From NCBI GenBank assembly GCA_021498095.1, contig JAIZWK010000001.1, positions 3,150,001 to 3,182,000 of the forward strand: a stretch of DNA of 32,000 nucleotides. The letters are read 5' to 3'. The translations under genes and the position numbers were made by a program. This document shows positions 28,801 to 32,000 of this stretch, piece by piece. The notes under the pieces were generated by a model that had not been told where the DNA came from, ran no database searches, and was given only the letters and a program-made list of their open reading frames with translations. The number at the start of each line of letters is the position of its first letter. Position 1 is the first letter of the stretch. The stretch comes from Candidatus Harpocratesius repetitus. GTDB taxonomy: Archaea; Asgardarchaeota; Lokiarchaeia; Sigyniarchaeales; Promethearchaeaceae.

Positions 28801-30058
28801 GCGAATTATATAAAGATCCTCCAGTATCAATTAAAGAGTTTCCACCCGCAAATTGTCCATCAATATAAACACTTTTTCTATATCCTCCAGAAAGATCTGC
28901 ATCTTTGTCCATCATACAAACAATATGAAGCCATTCATCATATTTTGGAATATCAACATATAAGTATTGACCTGTTCCACCATAAGCTCTGAATAGAAAT
29001 TGATTTGTAGACCGAAGAATATTAAAACGATATTCATCAGTTGTTAAAGAACCTTGATCTGAACCGAAAACAACTCCGTCATAACCACTACTAGGAACAA
29101 ATAACCAAAATGTAATACTAAAGCTATTTGACAAATCAGGATTTAAGATATAATTAGTATTAATGTAATCATCAACACCATCAAATTTCAAAGCATTATC
29201 TTTAATACATTCGTCGTAATCAGATAGACCATCATAATCTGTATCTGGATTTGTAATGTTGGTAAAATACTTATATTTCTCAACTCCGTCACTCAATCCA
29301 TCATTATCTGAATCTATATCATAAATCGAAATACTTGCAAAAATTTTCATTTCTACAGTTCCAATTCGCCAATTTGTATCAGAAATACTTGTACCTCGTC
29401 CATCAAAAACCATCAATCGGATGAATCTACCAATTCCAGAGAATGAATAATTTAAGAAATACTCAGAATTTCCAGTTATGGATAATAATTGATTCCAATT
29501 TATACTATCGTTTGATATTTCAATATCAAAATCTATAGGATAATATTGATGTTCACCATTAGTTGATATATATGGATATAATTCCAATCGCGAAAGATTG
29601 TATTGCTCTGGGAATTCAACCTGAAGCCATTTTACCGTACTTGAATAATCCGTATAAAAATTCATACTAGAATAATATGATTGGTTATGTGGCATTCCAA
29701 AATACTCAGAAGGACTACTATATGGATAGAGCCATGGAACATCATTATAATCAGTCTCATTTGGATAAATGGTATCATTCAATCTTTCTATAGGAGTTTC
29801 TGCCATAGAAGCATTGAAAATTCCTTTATCACTTATATCCATATCAATATAATTACTACTTTGAGAATTAGGAAAAAAATTTGATAAAAAGTTTTGAGTT
29901 ATTTCAATATTTTCTACATTCTTTTTTTGAGGAGTAGAAATAAGGCTAAAATTTTGCTGAAAAACGAGTATACCCATAAAAACTGCAAATAATAAAAGAA
30001 TACTAGTTTTTCTGAATACATCTAGTTTTACATTTCTCATTTGTGATACCTCTAGCAA
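25811..30058 (-). CDS. Large cell-surface glycoprotein: discoidin-like, TSP3-type Ca repeats, LamG, PKD, six ~99-aa repeats, Thr/Asp linker, IPGY+TM sorting signal (Loki-CTERM-like)
   Basis: N-terminal hydrophobic helix; WLQVEF..; DSDNDGLSDG and DTDSDNLLDG repeats; ALKFDGVDDYI...FDEFRIYNRELS (LamG); YHWDFGDG (PKD); many NxT/S sequons; SSIPGYS + TM + basic tail. Confidence 0.85.
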   Translation of the reverse strand: MLEVSQMRNVKLDVFRKTSILLLFAVFMGILVFQQNFSLISTPQKKNVENIEITQNFLSNFFPNSQSSNYIDMDISDKGIFNASMAETPIERLNDTIYPNETDYNDVPWLYPYSSPSEYFGMPHNQSYYSSMNFYTDYSSTVKWLQVEFPEQYNLSRLELYPYISTNGEHQYYPIDFDIEISNDSINWNQLLSITGNSEYFLNYSFSGIGRFIRLMVFDGRGTSISDTNWRIGTVEMKIFASISIYDIDSDNDGLSDGVEKYKYFTNITNPDTDYDGLSDYDECIKDNALKFDGVDDYINTNYILNPDLSNSFSITFWLFVPSSGYDGVVFGSDQGSLTTDEYRFNILRSTNQFLFRAYGGTGQYLYVDIPKYDEWLHIVCMMDKDADLSGGYRKSVYIDGQFAGGNSLIDTGGSLYNSRPLYIGCENSLGSAKYFATFYFDEFRIYNRELSLSEIIDLKNNTNPADDMVLYYDFENTTGDICHDQSENGYDGTLYNFPSSDRTIERISTHTDPLNPDTDSDNLLDGDELNVYNTDPANPDSDGDELYDGDEIFIYNTDPNTPDNIPQVDFSYDPINVKVNDTVSFTDLTTRGNQPFTEYHWDFGDGEFSNLANPTHIFNNSGDFIVQLSITDNDGDVNSTSKIIHVEAVNYSIYIEQPTYLSANFNETLILSWTPYLYGALTPANYEIIDVWGGGTILSGDSSYFNGTTVYFDMTGWGPGLYCIGVYFYTVENVTGFCNITVEIFDVPNTEIYIEQPTYLSANFNETLILSWTPYLYGALTPANYEIIDVWGGGTILGGDSSYFNGTTVYFDMTGWGPGLYCIGAYFYTVENVTGFCNITVEIFDVPIAEIYVEQPTYLSANFNETLILSWTPYLYGALTPANYEIVDVWGGGTILGGDSSYFNGTAVYFDMTGWGPGLYCIGAYFYTVENVTGFCNITVEIFDVSGPKIYIEQPTYLSANFNETLLLSWTPYLYGALTPANYEIVDVWGGGTILGGDSSYFNGTAVYFDMTGWGSGLYCIGAYFYTVENVTGFCNITVEIFDVPSAEIYVEQPTYRSANVNDTLILSWTPYLYGDLTPTNYEIVDVWGGGTILAGNSSYSNGTTVYFDMTGWGPGLYCIGAYFYTSENVTGFCNITVEIFDVSVPKIFIEQPTYISVYFNQTLILSWTPYLYGVLTPTYYEIVDVWGGGTILGGDSSYSNGTTVYFDMTGWGPGLYCIGAYFYTVENVTGFCNITVEIFPFPEFEITKSDDVILYEDSSASIWWIPHVPEGYTPTSYQIIELSESKTLITGIYQNEQQISYLIINWNPGVYEIGIYFFTKEGLTGISNISVEIVERTSTNTTTDDTTNTTTDDTTNTSDDTSNTSSDNTSDDESPFTSPFSSIPGYSLSLLIISTFCSLFMVYLFQKRRKIAS
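26320..28101 (-). repeat. Six near-identical 297-bp intragenic tandem repeats
   Basis: GTTGTTCAA anchor at 26599, 26896, 27193, 27490, 27787 and 28084 (period 297 nt = 99 aa, EQPTY...WTPYLYG...DVWGGG...FDMTGWGPGLYCIG.YFYT..NVTGFCNITVEIF). Confidence 0.95.
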
Positions 30059-30287
30059 TTTTGTTTGTAAAATTTGTTAAAGTATTATATAGCTCTTTAC
30101 ATAAATAAATTTTTTTTTTCATATCTGTCAATCAATATTTTAAGAAATAATGGGATTCTAGAATCAAAATTAAAAAAATATCTCTCAAAATTGACTTTCA
30201 TTATATTATTAAATGATATTATGTTGCTAAACGAGAGATAGGTAATTAAATGCTGTAAAAATCAATAAAAATGAAAAAAGAATTCAT

Positions 30288-30884
30288 TTATTTTAAATTA
30301 TATAATCGGTGAAGTTGCACACCAACACGTAGATCCCGATTATTCATAGCAATTTGATAACATTTTTGAACAGAAGAATCAAAATCAGCGTTATTTGGTT
30401 GAAGCCAGATTGGAATTTTCCCTAAGAAATTAGGAGGTATAACTTTTGGTGTGAATTCATCATCAACAACATATTTTAATTCATTTGGTTCACATTTAAT
30501 AGAATAGTTTGCCATCGGTTTGGGTGAGCATACAATCCAATCAACCCCCGCATCCCCTGTAGGAACAGGATTAGTTCCATTAGTTTCGATAGCAATTTGG
30601 GGTTTTTGTGAAAAACAAGAAAGTTGATGAATTTTTTCAGATAAAGATTGCAAAGAATAAAGTGTAGGCTCACCACCAGTAAAAATAATATGAGGATAAT
30701 GAATGCGCGAAAGAATCTCATCTTCAATCATCAAAATTCCATCACTCCATGATTCCTTCGTGTCACACCAAGAACATCGAAGATTACACCCAGCAAAACG
30801 AACAAACGTACAAGGAATTCCCAACCATGAACCTTCACCTTGTATTGAATCAAAGATTTCGCAAATATTGTATTCCACACACAA
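30288..30884 (-). CDS. queE: 7-carboxy-7-deazaguanine synthase (radical SAM)
   Basis: FDSIQGEG, FVRFAGCNLRCSWCDT (CxxxCxxC), TGGEP, IETNG, C-terminal VGVQLH. Confidence 0.92.
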   Translation of the reverse strand: MCVEYNICEIFDSIQGEGSWLGIPCTFVRFAGCNLRCSWCDTKESWSDGILMIEDEILSRIHYPHIIFTGGEPTLYSLQSLSEKIHQLSCFSQKPQIAIETNGTNPVPTGDAGVDWIVCSPKPMANYSIKCEPNELKYVVDDEFTPKVIPPNFLGKIPIWLQPNNADFDSSVQKCYQIAMNNRDLRVGVQLHRLYNLK

Positions 30885-30964
30885 AGTAGGAATACACTAA
30901 ATTAAGATTTTTCGATTAAAAACGTACAAAATAAATCTCGAAAAAAGAAAAAAATCAAGAAAAC

Positions 30965-32000
30965 TTATGGATTATTCTCTTTGGCAGCTTTTCTTTCTCT
31001 TCGGCGTTCTTCTCGTCTTTCTTTTCTTTCTTGGCGTTTTGATTTTCGTTTGGCTTTAGCTTCTTGTCGCTTTTCCCATTGTTCGATTTCTTTCGGTTTT
31101 TCCAGTTTATAGCGAGTGTACCCATATTTTTTATGTATAATGTCAAGTGTGTGAATATACATAATGGTTATATAAGATGTGTTTAGATCGTTAATGATCA
31201 AAGTCTGAGTTGCACCTCCGACCCATAGAAAGAGTGGAACAGCAATACCAACAGTAAGTATCATATTAACGTCGTAAATCCATCCGAAAAGTGCTCCAAC
31301 AAATCCACCTATTAACGCATTGGTTGCCCACATGGTATACTGCATTACTCGAAAAACTTTATTTATATTTGACCGTTTAATGAAAAGATCTACTGTATTA
31401 GTGACAATCATTCGGATAGAGCGAAGTAAAGCCATACTATATGGTCGATTTTCGATCACAATTGCAGGCATAGTAAACATATTTAACTGCATCCACAGAC
31501 GCTCAATTAAAGGAGCTTTCTTTTTCTTTCCTTTAACTTTCTTAGTTTTATCAAAAGATTGTGGATCAACAGGTTTCACTTTTGCTGCTAATTCCATGGC
31601 TTCTTTAGGTGTTTTTGGATGATAATCTCCCTTTAGGAATTTGGTTACAAATTGTATCATGTGAATAATTGTAGAAGTAAACGCATAACCCATTAATCCC
31701 CACCATCTTCGGCGTAAGATTCTAAAACTCTTTCCAAATGAGAGACTACCGCCTCGATACCAATGATGAATCATCAATTGTTTCATCCCTAAGGAGGAAT
31801 AAAATACAATATACATCAAGAATACAAATAGAGCAGTGAAACCGATAAACATATATGTATCACTTACTCCTAGTTTTGAAACTTCTTGATATATTACAGT
31901 AGGTCCATCTTTTTCTACCTTAAAGAAGAATTTCCATGCAGTAACTCCATAAAAGAATGAAAGTAAATTAACCCAAAGTGTCTGGAAAAATTGTGGAATT
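30965..32000 (-). CDS. Multi-pass membrane protein, 5' end outside the window
   Basis: The frame stays open from the track ATG (31852) to the window edge (IPQFFQTLWVNLLSFFYG...). Several hydrophobic helices, an MPAIVIE...S.R segment and a charged C-tail. Confidence 0.7.
   Translation of the reverse strand, partial: IPQFFQTLWVNLLSFFYGVTAWKFFFKVEKDGPTVIYQEVSKLGVSDTYMFIGFTALFVFLMYIVFYSSLGMKQLMIHHWYRGGSLSFGKSFRILRRRWWGLMGYAFTSTIIHMIQFVTKFLKGDYHPKTPKEAMELAAKVKPVDPQSFDKTKKVKGKKKKAPLIERLWMQLNMFTMPAIVIENRPYSMALLRSIRMIVTNTVDLFIKRSNINKVFRVMQYTMWATNALIGGFVGALFGWIYDVNMILTVGIAVPLFLWVGGATQTLIINDLNTSYITIMYIHTLDIIHKKYGYTRYKLEKPKEIEQWEKRQEAKAKRKSKRQERKERREERRRERKAAKENNP

Noticed and set aside
24503-30884. 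dpd-type 7-deazaguanine DNA-modification defence island
   Set aside because: No DpdA/TGT-like gene or other dpd genes are in the window. Housekeeping archaeosine precursor synthesis is sufficient.

Overview
AT-rich archaeal window, most likely Asgard (Lokiarchaeia/Promethearchaeota). This assignment is inferred from a eukaryote-like SECIS, Sec-containing HdrA/MvhD and an IPGY+TM C-terminal sorting signal. Left part (1-9123): DUF1684, a PAS hybrid histidine kinase with a truncated receiver, an M24 peptidase, a hemerythrin-like protein, a PIN-like protein, an hdrA-mvhD operon, and a NifB/NifX-family gene. The ORF track splits hdrA and mvhD because each has two in-frame UGA codons at conserved Cys positions (selenocysteine); the operon has a 3' SECIS and a second K-turn hairpin upstream. 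Centre (~9209-21813), the main discovery candidate: a ~12.6-kb IS607-like element bracketed by an exact 16-bp inverted repeat. It encodes an IS607 serine recombinase (TnpA), a TFIIB-like protein, a PAN/Rpt-like AAA+ ATPase, a candidate structured RNA, and a ~2,900-aa protein whose C-terminus has a complete TnpB/Cas12-type RuvC triad. No CRISPR array or cas genes are visible in the window. Right part: three AT-rich hypothetical/wHTH genes, queD-queC and queE (preQ0 synthesis) separated by a 1415-aa surface protein with six 297-bp tandem repeats, and a partial membrane-protein gene. All family calls come from motif recognition by eye; no searches or folding programs were run.
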